A DNA stretch of 64,000 bases from assembly GCA_030704615.1 (NCBI GenBank), contig CM060734.1, forward strand, positions 48,980,001 through 49,044,000, in the 5' to 3' direction. How positions within the stretch are numbered: position 1 is the first letter of the stretch; each line of letters opens with the position of its first letter. Positions 52,368 to 64,000 of this stretch are shown here, piece after piece. The translations under genes and the position numbers were made by a program. The notes beneath the pieces are model-generated. The model ran no database searches. It saw only the letters and a list, made by a program, of their open reading frames with translations, and was not told the DNA's origin. This DNA is from Takakia lepidozioides (Eukaryota > Plantae > Bryophyta).

Positions 52368-54448
52368 GCTCTCATCTTGTCCTCGTTTTCTCTCCACCAA
52401 AAGTACTGCAGCCACGTCATCCAGGAATCCTTATCAGCATCTAGTATCAACCCTCGCCCCAATATTAAATTTTATAAGCTATTTCATTTTATTTTTTAAT
52501 GAACAGGGGACAGAGGCCCTGGATAAATTTTATTTGGACTTATTTGGTAATGATTTCCCGTTTGGCTTCCCTACCGCATATTCTTAAGATTTTTAGGGAA
52601 TATACAGAATATGCCCTTCTGCTCGCGTAAGCCAATGTGAGCCTGCTCACACGCTACCCAACCTCCTCCTTGGGGAGTAGAATTGTAGATCAAATACCCG
52701 GAACCGACAGATACGGAAATATTTTCAAACTATAACCAGAACCGCCGGTCATGAAAAAAACTACAGAACTGCACAACACACAATGGCAGCCGCAAATGCG
52801 AGGTAAGGGCCACTTCATATGTGGACCCAACCCAACCCCAGATTCCACAAGTGGTAGGTAGCCAAGATTATCCGACAAAATGTTGCAAAACCCATGAAGC
52901 TTCTTCCAGGATACTTGCGGAGCTTTTAAATTGAGGGCTCACAGGCTCACAATTCCGGTCGGAACTGGGGGGAGACCACCCCATTTTTCCGCACACTCAC
53001 AAAAAGCTAACAACAAACAAACAGCCTTATACAAGAAGCTTGCATGAGGATTTTTATTTTTTTTTCCCGAAAATGAGCTCAACAGCAACTTTCAAGGGTG
53101 GCCCGGCCTACAAGTTGTGAATCATTTTTCTTTTGTGAATTGATGGGAGCATCCTCACTTTTTGTTGGAGGAAGAGAGCAAGGCCAACCCTACCTGCCTT
53201 TTTGGATGCATGGTCCTACCAGGGCAAGCCCCTGCAGCTGAGCTCCTTGGCAGCTCCGTAAAGGTGTGAGCGATCGTACCTGCTGACAGTCCTGCACACA
53301 GTTTGTGTTACCCAAAGTGCATCACACCCAGAAGAAACACTCGCTAAGCTTTTCCAAAGGACAAGGTGGTCTGCAGATACCGCTGAAAAGAAACTGGCAG
53401 TTTGTTAAAGCAGTTGATAACTTTGACCACACACGTCTTGGCTGCTCGCCACTCGTACTCTCTCTTCCCCAATTCAGCCATAACTGTGTTTCAGAATGGG
53501 ATTTGACCCGTTCTCTCCAACTAACACAACTTTTTTTGGCTTTATTCATCTCTATCTCAACCCTGCCATAGCCGCGACATTTCCTTTTACAGCCTCTCCC
53601 ACCGACCATGTTTCTTGCTTCTAGATTTCGAATGAGTCCGCAGACACATCATCAGTCTATCCAATCCTCACTATCTGTGGCGAGAATTTCGAATTGTCAG
53701 GTTGAATCGTTCAGTCGACAATATAAATCAGCTCATGGGTGAAGTTGCCTCCCCATTTCTCCGTTTGTACTCTGATTGCTTCTTCTCATCCCCTCCCCTC
53801 TCCTAGCTGAGAGAGATTCTGGAAGGCTAGGCTTTGATCAGACTTGTAATTATACATTGAGAGAGAGATACACAGACGCACGAGGTGGGTTTGTAAAATC
53901 ATACCAGAATTCCCACAAGAACAGGAAAGTATCCAGGCTGCAAGATCCTCTCAGGTGGAGAAGTCAAGGACAGTTCACTTACCCAAGGTCATTGCAGACA
54001 GCTGAATTCTGGCCCCTCCGAAGCCCGCGAGGGAAATCCCTTACTGCCTTCTCAAATATAGCTCGACGTTGCAACCACGCGATGTCCCGCAGAGGCTAGC
54101 TACATGATGACCAAGGCCCGACACCCTGCTAATCTTGTACCTGTGGCGTTCAATGGGGACCTTCCTTCGCTTCGATGAACCCCATGTTTGGTCAGATTTA
54201 CTCATTTCAAAGCTGTGGCGTGCTCGGATTTCCCTTCCCTTTCGTCACATGCATCCAGAAACTCATGTCTTCAAGCCCTGCGACATTTGACATTCAGGTC
54301 CTGCCACAGATCACTCTGGAGCAGTACTCTGGAGAGTGAGGGTGCCCCTGGTGAACACAAACACCCTTACCAGGTAAAAGTATGTTTCGACAAACAAGTT
54401 GACTGTTGTTTTCAATTGGACCATTTGGTACACTGACGGTCCATGTTT

Positions 54449-54450
<2 letters not shown>

Positions 54451-54484
<34 letters not shown>
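54451..54484. repeat. (GA)17 microsatellite
   Basis: Read directly from the sequence. Confidence 0.95.
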
Positions 54485-54488
<4 letters not shown>

Positions 54489-55184
54489 TAGCCTAGTGGC
54501 AATGACCATCGTATCTCTCTGAAAGAGGCATGCCTGCAAGATTGCAGGCAACTATGGTTTGCATAATTTCGAGCCGCAGATATGTCGTGCATCTGTCAAA
54601 GCTAACGAACATCGACTGTATGGATTCATGACAATCAGGTAATTTCTATCCTTCGGAGACGAAACTTAGGAAAATTCTTGTAGCTTTGATTGTAACAAGT
54701 ACCAGAAGGTGGCTGGTCATGAAATTGAGCAACTGTTACTGTTTGTGTGATTTTCTAGTCAAAGCAGCATCACGTGTAGGTGAAGTGTGGAGAGAGCGTG
54801 AAGACGAAGAAGCAATGGCTGTGACATATACGGTTTGTGAACAAGCAAAGAGCGGCCCGGATATGGAGAAGCTCACTGTGACGTTGATCTGCATCATCGT
54901 GGCTGCTGTCTCGTTCATTTCCTGCTTCGTAAACGTGAGAGACTTCATGCCAACATACAAGCTAGTAAGATATACTAAGTAGTGTACATGATGGAGGTTG
55001 GTAACATGGATTTATATAGACGACTTTTAGCAATGACAAGCCGATCCAAGGATACTTCTGTCTCTTCACCAGCGCAGTTTGCTGAGCTTCCATTTCTCAT
55101 GGCCGCCCCCATTTGCTTACATTTTACACTCACAATTCACAATAGCAGGAAGACAGAAAGAATTATCCGCAAGCGAAGCCAAAG

Positions 55185-55890
55185 ATGGTGATGACAGAGT
55201 ATCGTTCCCACCCCGTAGCAGTTCCATACGTTCCAGCTGCAGTTGGAGTCGAAGTTGCAGGAGTTCCCACCACTGTCGTTATTGTACCGGCTGAGCCCGT
55301 TCCTGAAAGCAAGTCAGCAGAGGCACCAAAGAAAACTGTACGTATGTTTTTCGGCTGGTCATGCACCAAGTTCCTCTCTCGCAGGAGGAACTTCGTGCTT
55401 TGTTTCTCTCTCAAACTTCAATGCTGTTCACAAAATACTTGGAGGGTAAGATTTACACTTTCAAAACTCATCAGTGCTCTCAACTGTACTCGACATGTTC
55501 GTGCACTGTGCCATGATTTTGCAGACTGAGGTCGCGTTGGATGTGCCCTTATGCTGCGAAAAAGTTGCAAGACAAGTGCAGACAGTGCTCGAAGGGATGG
55601 AAGGTGAGTTTTTTTTTAAAGAGTTTTTACAACCAAGAGCTGTGACACCCAATACACACCAATTTCTAAGCTCCATTATGGCGGGGACGTTCACATGTGC
55701 AGGTGTTATTAGCCCTGTCATATGTGATCTGTGGGAAAAGAAAGTCATCGTGAGAGGCGCTGATCTGAAACCTGAGGACATCCTCCAGATCGTGCGAAGA
55801 TACAAGCATAATTCTGAGATAGGTGCCGCTCTAGGAATTTCCAACCACAAGACCTCAAAGAAGAAGAAGAAGCTTGTCAGATTCTTGTAA
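55185..55890 (+). CDS. Small heavy-metal-associated (HMA) domain protein (HPP-like), 139 aa
   Basis: join(55185-55337, 55525-55603, 55703-55890). The segment EVALDVPLCCEKVARQVQTVLEGMEGVISPVICDLWEKKVIVRGADLKPEDILQIVRR fits the HMA fold pattern (V.L.VP.CC..C...V...L..MEGV..V..D....KV.V.G.....L..V). It has a Pro/Val-rich N-terminus and a polybasic C-terminus. Confidence 0.85.
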
Positions 55891-57310
55891 AAGGACTGTT
55901 TGAAGGCATGAAGCTTCGCTCACAACTCATCATATATGCATTAGCAAACAGAGGCTGCTGAGCACTACCAGTGACGGATGGATTCGCACATGGAGCTAAT
56001 AAGATTCACCCATCCCAGGTGATTCACATCAACAGTCTAGGAGGCAATTACTTCCATCAGTGCCACGCTCTTTGTGGATCATTGCTTGTTGTTAACAATA
56101 AACACTAGACTTTCTGTCCTTTCAAGTTTACCGTGCATCGCTTCTGGTTTGGTAGAGGTTCAACTTAGCACAATGTTCAATGTTGCAAGATTGCCTATCT
56201 ACCACATACACAACACTATGATCAAGAACACAGTTAAAATGAGTAGTTGCTGGGACAAAATGGAAGCTCCACCTATCACACAAACATGAGATGGGCTTCA
56301 TCACAAAACCTACAACAGAACAAAACAACGAAACATTGTCACTTGTCACTTCAAAACTGGGCAACCTTCCAAACCCAGCCTGCTGCTCTCTCTCTCTCTC
56401 TCTTGGATGTCACCCATTATATCAACCAATTATTCAAGTATAAAAATGGGGTCATTAGATTAACCAATCATCTAATTTGTATGTACATAGAGATTTCGGG
56501 GGAGATTGGGTAACCAGATTGCTTTAATTACGGCCGTTAGAAGATGTTTTGTTTTTTTGAACTAAAGTGATGTCGTACTTTGCATTTTCTTTGGTATGTC
56601 ATGTACCTAAGAGCGTCCTTCCATGTAGGAGGAGCCCGGCCCACAAGAAGAGAGCAGAAATTAGCCGGGTTCTGGAGCGTGTTTTCACGTATATGTGGAG
56701 CTTGGCAAACCGGTGCTCTTTTTGGACTTTAGCGTGAGGTGGTAGAGGAGATGTAAGCATGACTTTAGTGTGATATGGCAGGTATGTAGATGCTACAACC
56801 AATTCCCCGAGCTCGTCCCCCGAGCTCCCATCCCATTTTATCAGGCTGCGCTACAAACCCGGGAACTCGGCGACCGGGCCCTGCCGCCCCATACATGGAA
56901 GTGAGAAGTGTACCCGGCCATCTTTGTCCATTTCCTCCCTTAAACGGTGGGCCGGGTACATGGAAGGCTGCTCTAAGAATCCTGCTACAACAAAAATCAC
57001 TATTTAACCCCATTAGTGTGCCACGGCTCAATGTTTGCTTGAGCCGATTGTATGTGACATCCTAATTTACTCGAACTATTTCTGCTAAGGAAAGAGGCCT
57101 AGAGCCCTTTGGAAGGAATACACACCAATTTTTCCTTGTGTTGAGAGCATATCAAATAAGCTACAGAAATCCTAGGCAAGTTTCACGAGGTGTAAGCATG
57201 TAATACCTGGCAATTGCAAATGTACTCCTGACCCTTTCTGCGGAGTTTTGATGCGATGAATCCGTAATTCCCTTGGAATACCATTATGGAGTCAGTTGTG
57301 CGATTTCTAC

Positions 57311-58857
57311 CACTGTTGGCCGGGTATAGCACTCTACCCCGGTTAGTGAGTCGGTTACCACCCCGGTTAGTAGGTATACATAACCGCATACTGGGTATTT
57401 TTACAAAACAGAGCAAATAGATAACCGACGGTTGGGAGGCGAGTATGTATATGTACCCTATATGAAGGTTAGCACCAGTGTTGGGCGGTTCTTGCATTTG
57501 TGAAGGAACCTTCGGTTCCAGTTCCACAATTATTTCAAGAGACGGTTCCGGATCCGGTTCCAGTTTTTTTTTATTGAGCTGGTTCCGGTCCGGTTCCGGA
57601 ACCAACTTTTAAACATCGGGGCGGTTCCGGTTACCGGTTAGTTGCTGATAAAAACCGTCGGTTCCGGTTAGGTTCCCGTTCTATTTTAAAAATATATTTG
57701 CTTAATTTAATTAGATTTAAAATATTTTATCAGTCCGGTAGATTAAATAGCAGTGTATTCACATATTTGAACTAAAATCCAACGATTTTGTTAGTTTTCA
57801 CTAACACAAAAAAACAAACAAAAATACTCTAAATAAATTGGTAGAAGAAAATGGGTAAAATTTTATGGGTTGAAAGTACTATTCAGCTACCTGGCAAGTA
57901 TTGGCATCTTCAACCATTTTATTAATGAACTTAGCCAGGATATCATGGAGCTGAAGCATTGAACATAGAATCTCATCGCCTTCAAGCATTGAACCCAGGA
58001 TCTCGGGAGCTTGAGAGCATTAAATAAGTTTTGCCCTTAGCCACCGCCCCACCGAGGGGTCAAGAACCGAAACCTGTTTTTATCCCCTGCGCCCAGTTCT
58101 CCGGTTCTCACACCTAGCAGGAACCGCCGGTTCGGTTCTGCGCCGATCCCCATTGGCAGGTTCCGGTTCCGGGTCAGGTTATGTAGGAATGGGCCCGGTT
58201 CCGGTTAACCTGAACATGAACCGGCAGTTAACCTGGGTCCCGGCGGGTAACCGCCCAACATTGGTTAGCACTACCCTATACCCGAATTAGTAAGGCGTTT
58301 TGACCACCCCTAGAAGGGTTACACTATAGGACACGTTCCTCCTCACACAACGCAACTGCATTGATTGCCATGATTGCCTACATCCCTCTCTATTGGCAAC
58401 TTTTGCAAGAGGCGCTCTGTATATTTAACTTATTGTTATGTTAAAATGTTAGCCAACTTCCCTCATTGGCTTTCTTCCTTTCTTACGTAAGTCATTTTAT
58501 TTGATAAATCTCTCATGTGAGTAGAGCATTCTAGCATTATCTATCTATTTATAATCTTCATTTGGATGTCATGTGGGAATTGATTATTTTTAACAAAAAT
58601 CATTGAGAAATACAAGTGCCCATTCAATATATTATATGTAATCGCCAATTGCATATATATCCGCCAATTTTAGGACATCTCTAACCGTCATATTCATAAC
58701 CGTCTAAATTTGAGGAATTTTGTAGAATAGATAACCGGTGGATATACTAAAATAAAAAAATTATCCTTATACATAACCATGGAGTGTGTCCATCCCAAAA
58801 ATATTGAAGTAACCTTAACCGACGGATATGTAAAATTCTTATAACCGGCCAACACTG
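57311..58857. mobile_element. Non-autonomous hAT-type element (outer, older)
   Basis: TIRs are CACTGTTGGCCGGGTATA and the reverse complement of the right end, CAGTGTTGGCCGGTTATA (16/18). The 8-bp TSD is ATTTCTAC (57303-57310) versus GTTTCTAC (58858-58865). TAACCG-type subterminal repeats are present. Confidence 0.85.
57476..58263. mobile_element. Non-autonomous hAT-type MITE (inner, younger, 788 bp) nested in the outer element
   Basis: TIRs CAGTGTTGGGCGGTT and AACCGCCCAACATTG (14/15), a perfect 8-bp TSD GTTAGCAC (57468-57475 and 58264-58271), and dense CCGGTT/CGGTTC subterminal repeats. Confidence 0.92.
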
Positions 58858-59504
58858 GTTTCTACTCACCTTGTATGAATTCAGCCCACAAACACCAAGG
58901 TGCTTTTGCAAACCAGGAGACACAGGGAATCAAGTACTGTTGTAATGGTTGGAATAGACATCATCGTAGAAAACGTTGCTGATTTCAGCTCTGCTGCTCT
59001 GGTCACGAGAAAATGACAGAAATGAAGCACAATAAACACTCAAAGCATGAAACCAATCACACTAAGAATAAACCCTAGTCCCTCGAAGTAAAAACCCCAT
59101 CTTGCACAGAATCTATCACCTTGGGGGGGTCTACCTCCAAAAATTACCACCTAACGTGCAAAAACATATAGGGTATCATTTATTCTCTACAAGTAAAAAT
59201 TAGAATATTTTTCAAAATAATATAGGGTATGAGAAATATAGGCGGAGCATTTAAATGAATATAGGGTAGAGATTAAAGGCTCCAATTATATTTTATTTAG
59301 AATTACTCATAGGGTGAAGGTATTTTTGAATTATATGTGTCAAGCAGTGTATGGATGTGTAGTGTGAAAAGAAAGGGGCAAAAACCCCTTTGAAGTTAGT
59401 TAGTTGATTGTTCATTGACCAGAGAATGACCCTGCCTACACTGTAAAGTGTGGGCAGACTAGGGTTAAGCTGTTTGATTACTTAGATCCATGATGAACGT
59501 GTGC

Positions 59505-59770
59505 AATTGCATATGCCACGATGTTCTCCCCTTCCATTCTGTTTCTTTTCTCTCTAACGACTGGCCTTCCTATGCAATTACCAGTGCATCCCTTGCTATA
59601 TACCAATGCAAAATTTCATAAACAGATATCTAAATGGTTCTTCCCTGAAGTTGTCATCATTGGAAGTAGAGTGTGTCCTTTGTTAAGGTGGCATGAGATG
59701 GGGGATCTGCCCTCAGCCAGTAGATCTCTTCAACAAACCATCAACCAATATCATGATACTATCAAATTAC
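59505..59770 (-). mobile_element. Possible highly decayed Ty3/gypsy RT-RNase H junction remnant
   Basis: Frameshifted minus-strand pieces FDSI..., PHLMPP, RDA..(CIG) and KQNGRENIVAYA resemble the gypsy PIL.PP...DAS..IGAVL.Q..GRE.V.AYAS pattern. Confidence 0.3.
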
Positions 59771-62700
59771 TTCTCTAAGTCTAGAGGACATCTGAAGTTC
59801 AAGTACGATGTCACTAATAGTAAATAGATAAATATTGATTCTATTAATAGCTCAGTAACTCTGACTTACGATAGAGGTCATAATGTATCCCTCGCCGATG
59901 TCGATAGTGAAACTCTAGATGAGTTTGTTTCTAGCAAGAAATGAAATGTAAAATGCAAGTTTGCATGGGAATGTAAAACACAAGTTTTTGCTTTGTAAAA
60001 AATGTTTTATTTATTTTTATATTAATATAGCATATCAAATATTCATGGTTACTGCTGAATATAAAAAAATAGCCTACTCAAAAATGTTGTGTATTAGAAA
60101 ATTATATAGTTATAGGATGTAGAAAAAACCAAAAAAATAAATTACCCCTTAAGAAAATACCATTTTATCGCACGTGTCTACCAAACTGATAAGGAGTGCC
60201 CCCCCCCCCAGTCTATCACATCAAGGCAAGACACCTTTGCTAAATGTTCTCCACCCTACAAAGTCATCAACACACTTCCTCTCAATACCTAAAGCTATGG
60301 AGGTGAGATGCTAGATGCTCAACTAGAAGAAGATGAGTCACCCTCACAATGGGAAAACCTATTTCCACGTCCCAAGTGAGGCTTAATATTTCACTTGCCA
60401 TATGAGACCAAAATATACAAAATATAAGTAGAAATATCCAAATGCCCTAATTATTTAGAAGCAATTATTTAAAAGCTTGACAAACCCTAGTAAAACTTAT
60501 TTCATTCTATTTTCAAGATGAAATAGTTTTTTGGTTGAAAATAGATAATTATAACTTATAGCATCCCCAAATCATGATTGGATGTTTAAATGTGTCTGGG
60601 TTTTCCTCAATTAGAAAGCTTTCCTAAATGAAACATTAAAAATATATACATATTATAATTTGTGGATATAATTAGGATAACCATATGACAACTTGTGGAA
60701 ATGATTTTTTTAACGTTTCTACTATAAATAATATATCCAGATGCATGACCGTCCATGACCAATAGGACAATGACAACGTACAAATAGACCCACTGAAAAA
60801 AATTCAACAAGTATGAAACTCATAAAAATGCAACATTTCATGGTCAGCTGACAGTAGAAAAAAACGACAGAGATTTTTGCCATTGCCTGGATATTCTTTA
60901 CAAGTTTTGAACTGTGGCCTTTGTTACTTTTGAGGCCTCTATTTTTGGCTTTCTAACTGGAGCCACATTGTTTTTGGTCTTTTGACCATCGTCTACCCTC
61001 ATCAAGTTGTATTGAATTTTGTCATGGCGTTCATTTGTTGACTTCTTGTTATTAATGAAGATGAACCTACTCTCGAAAGTTTTAGTGCAGACGATCATCT
61101 GTATTTTGTAGGTGGTGTCAAAATCCAAAGATGATGTTTGATCTGTCACTCCTTTGAGGATCTGCACAAAGCAAATGTGATATACCATAAGTTTTGTGCC
61201 CCTTAGTCATCAGTCGTATAACTTAACAACTTGTAAGTAAGTCACATCTAGATCTCCATATGTACCATAAAGTGTGTCAAGCCCTAATATGACATCACAA
61301 ATACATATTTAAGGAAAAATGAGGTCAGATGGACTGTCAAAATTAATAAAAAAAAATCCTAACACTGATTGGACAAAGTGCATTCAAACATGCATTCAAA
61401 CACATAGTGCTTGATGGTTTCCTTAGGATGGCCTCGAAATCATGAGACACAAATATCATCAAGTTTGAGATGAATATAGTAGTTGACATATTTTGTTAGT
61501 TATCTTCCGCAATAAAAGATTAATGTTCAACACAACTTTCAGTAAGAAAAAATAACCCCCCTGCCACTCAATATGTAGGGTGGCCACCATGGTTCGTTAT
61601 GCTAGAATATACTAAGGTAACTGGCAGGGATATCCTCACTTGCCAGTGAAAATTTGGCTTTCACTAGCACATGTTAGCCTTCCTCAAAAAAGTTGTCCAG
61701 AGACATGTCTCCAAAATTATATGGGAATTAGAAACAGTTGAGGTTTCGCTCACACAATCTGGCCGGCTCTTGGCTCTGATTCTGCCTCTCTGACGCACCC
61801 ATTCTTGTCACCAACAAAAATGTCATTACAATCAGGAACATTCACTTGAATCCATATACTGAAATTATTGTCGTGAATTTTAGGCCAAATAAATCTGCAA
61901 TACAACGTCTGTAGCCGTCTTACTTGCTGAAAACTACGAGGTTAATGTTATCGTAAAATTAGAGTAAGTAAGATGAAAATCCATCTTAGTTTTGAGGATA
62001 TAATTAATGTTAGAGTTGGGCTCCCTTCCTTCAGTTGGTTTAAAAAGCTGGGCGTCAACGGCATGCAAACTTTTTGAATATAGTTTCTTCTTCTCTCTGC
62101 CTACTACTCTCTCTTCTTCTCATCTCATCTTGATATGACACATGAACAGCTTGCCTACCTTGAGAATCCCTCACTGATTGTTGCTTAGGTATTTAGAGAA
62201 GGAGATCACGAAGGAATTTTTTTAGGAACTCTTGGGAAACTGCCTAGAACGTCTGTTACTTCGTACCATCACTATTAAACAGAGTTTCGTCTACACCCAT
62301 AATAAAACCTGTAAGACACATCAGCTCCCAAACTCTTATAATCTTTGTCTGGTGGTAGTGTATCTTGGCCAACAACTGGAACTCGCACTTATGCAATGGC
62401 CTTACATTAACATTGAACGTCACCCCATACTTGGAACACCATTGTGCCATCACCCACATACAAAGAAGCTTTAAAGCAGATAGGCTCTGAATGGCTTGAG
62501 TGCATCGCCTGGAATGCAGCATAGGCATTGTAAGAACTCTTTGCAGTATGAAAATTTGAAATCTTATTTATACATGCATCCATTTTGCAAATTCCATCAC
62601 TTTAAAGTTTTATTTGTTCTAAGCTCTAACCCCACAATAATTTTCCCAATGACACATATATTTTACTTAATCTCTATGCTCATGCGATCATATAGAAGAA

Positions 62701-62954
62701 TTGGGTTGATCCCCCGGCCTTTAGTGAAATAACATGATTTTTTTAAAGAAAATATTAAAATTACACTACATCAGAATTGGTCCGTCAAAATTTAACTATT
62801 CAATGTTGAATGTAATGAGATGTTATATTAATTAAATATATCATTAATATATAGATGTTAATATGATACTAACTATATATTATTTAAAAACTAACTATAA
62901 TCAATATATGAAGCGAGACGTTTGTTTTGTTTTGTTTTGTTTGTTTTGTTTTGT

Positions 62955-63300
62955 AGCGTCGTTGAGATGTCCCAAACCGCGGGCCCCAAGCGCGGGTGCT
63001 TGGTGTCGTTGGAAGCCCTCGGTGAGGAGGGGTGCACCGGCTTGGTCTCATGATTTTTGGACCAGCGGTGTGGGAGATCTGGAATTTCAAGTGCTTTGGG
63101 TCGTTGGAAATTCGAGAAAAATAGCAAAGTGGGCTTTCCTGGAGCAATGATTGGCCCTTCATGTGGGAGATTTGAAATTTCAAATACTTTTGGTCGCTGA
63201 AAATTCGCAAAAATAGCAAAGTGGATATATCAACATATGAAGCCTCGACAGGGGAGATTGCAAAAATAGCAAAGTGGGCAATGACATAGAGATCTCCCAA
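62955..63300. repeat. Interspersed-repeat-like segment with an internal duplication
   Basis: TGTGGGAGAT(C/T)TG(G/A)AATTTCAA...GGTCG..GAAATTCG..AAAATAGCAAAGTGG occurs twice (about 63069 and about 63162), plus a third AAAATAGCAAAGTGGG. Confidence 0.6.
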
Positions 63301-64000
63301 ACTGTAGGTCTTTGGATACATTGGGGATTGCAGTGGACACTGGAGGTCACACTTGGGCCTCTACATGAGAGATGCACTTGGATACATGAATAGAAGATTG
63401 CACTTGGGCTTATATTTCAATTTTTCACACATGGGCCAATGGCATAGGCTACACTAGAGGTCGCACTTGGGCCTCAACATAAGAGAGGCACGGACACTTT
63501 TCAGTAGGAAACTGTGGATTTCACTTTTCCCACCACTATGCAAGAAGAGTTCACATTCCCCAGAATTCGGCAAGGGAGTGAGAGCCGCCAGTCCGCTGTT
63601 TGAGTTTCTGCATCAATATGCCTGCAGATTGGATTCCTGTTTTGCATTGTGTACCACAAAACTAGCGATAGGAGAGTCACTAGCAACCAATGCCTCCACA
63701 TTATAATTTGCAGGTAACGGGATACATAAGAAATTGCACTTGGTCTTAAATGACAATGGACACTTGGGCATCTACATGGGAGATGCACTTGGATACATAA
63801 AAGACTGCACACTAGGCTTAGATGGGCCTCGACATAGGAGATGCACATGGGAGATGTCATTGGATACATAGGAGCACTTGGGTTTAAATGACAGTGGACA
63901 CTTGGGCCTCTACACGGGAGATTCACTTGGATACATAAAAGATTGCACTTGGGCTTAGATGGGCCTCGACATAGGAGACGCACTAGGATACATAGGAAAT
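63300..64000 (+). repeat. Satellite-like array of CACTTGGG/CACTTGGATACAT subunits with about 138-bp higher-order period, running off the window end
   Basis: TAAATGACA.TGGACACTTGGGC..CTACA.GGGAGAT.CACTTGGATACATAAAAGA.TGCAC...GGCTTAGATGGGCCTCGACATAGGAGA occurs at 63747 and 63885, with further degenerate subunits at 63310-63500. About 200 bp of unrelated sequence interrupts it. Confidence 0.85.

Noticed and set aside
52106-52587. CRISPR array or repeat-protein gene at the 51-bp repeat
   Set aside because: The units are contiguous with no unique spacers and there are no cas genes in this eukaryotic context. The ORFs exist only because the unit length is a multiple of 3.

Overview
Eukaryotic, intron-rich land-plant genomic DNA. 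Gene content and repeat style suggest a bryophyte, probably a moss; this is an inference. I assembled five intact genes by hand from splice sites: GIGANTEA (+, 15 coding exons, 6115-16914, about 1167 aa), an LRL-class bHLH transcription factor (-, 41240-37417), a single-domain Euonymus (EUL/ricin-B-like) lectin (+, 47743-48601), a NAT9-like GNAT acetyltransferase (-, 51791-49186) and a small HMA-domain protein (+, 55185-55890). The GI promoter carries two perfect evening elements, an ABRE core and a LUX-binding-site motif. The region from about 17 to 35 kb is a transposon mosaic. It holds an RNase H-bearing non-LTR remnant, a poly(A)-tailed retroelement 3' end, tRNA-derived SINE-like heads and a CACTA-type terminus. 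It also holds intron-containing fragments of HSP101/ClpB and a GH9 endoglucanase, which may be cargo of a Pack-CACTA-like element. At 57.3-58.9 kb, two hAT-type MITEs are nested, each with TIRs and an 8-bp TSD. There are several minisatellites. I found no CRISPR array, rRNA or true tRNA gene. All identifications come from motif recognition; no database searches were run.
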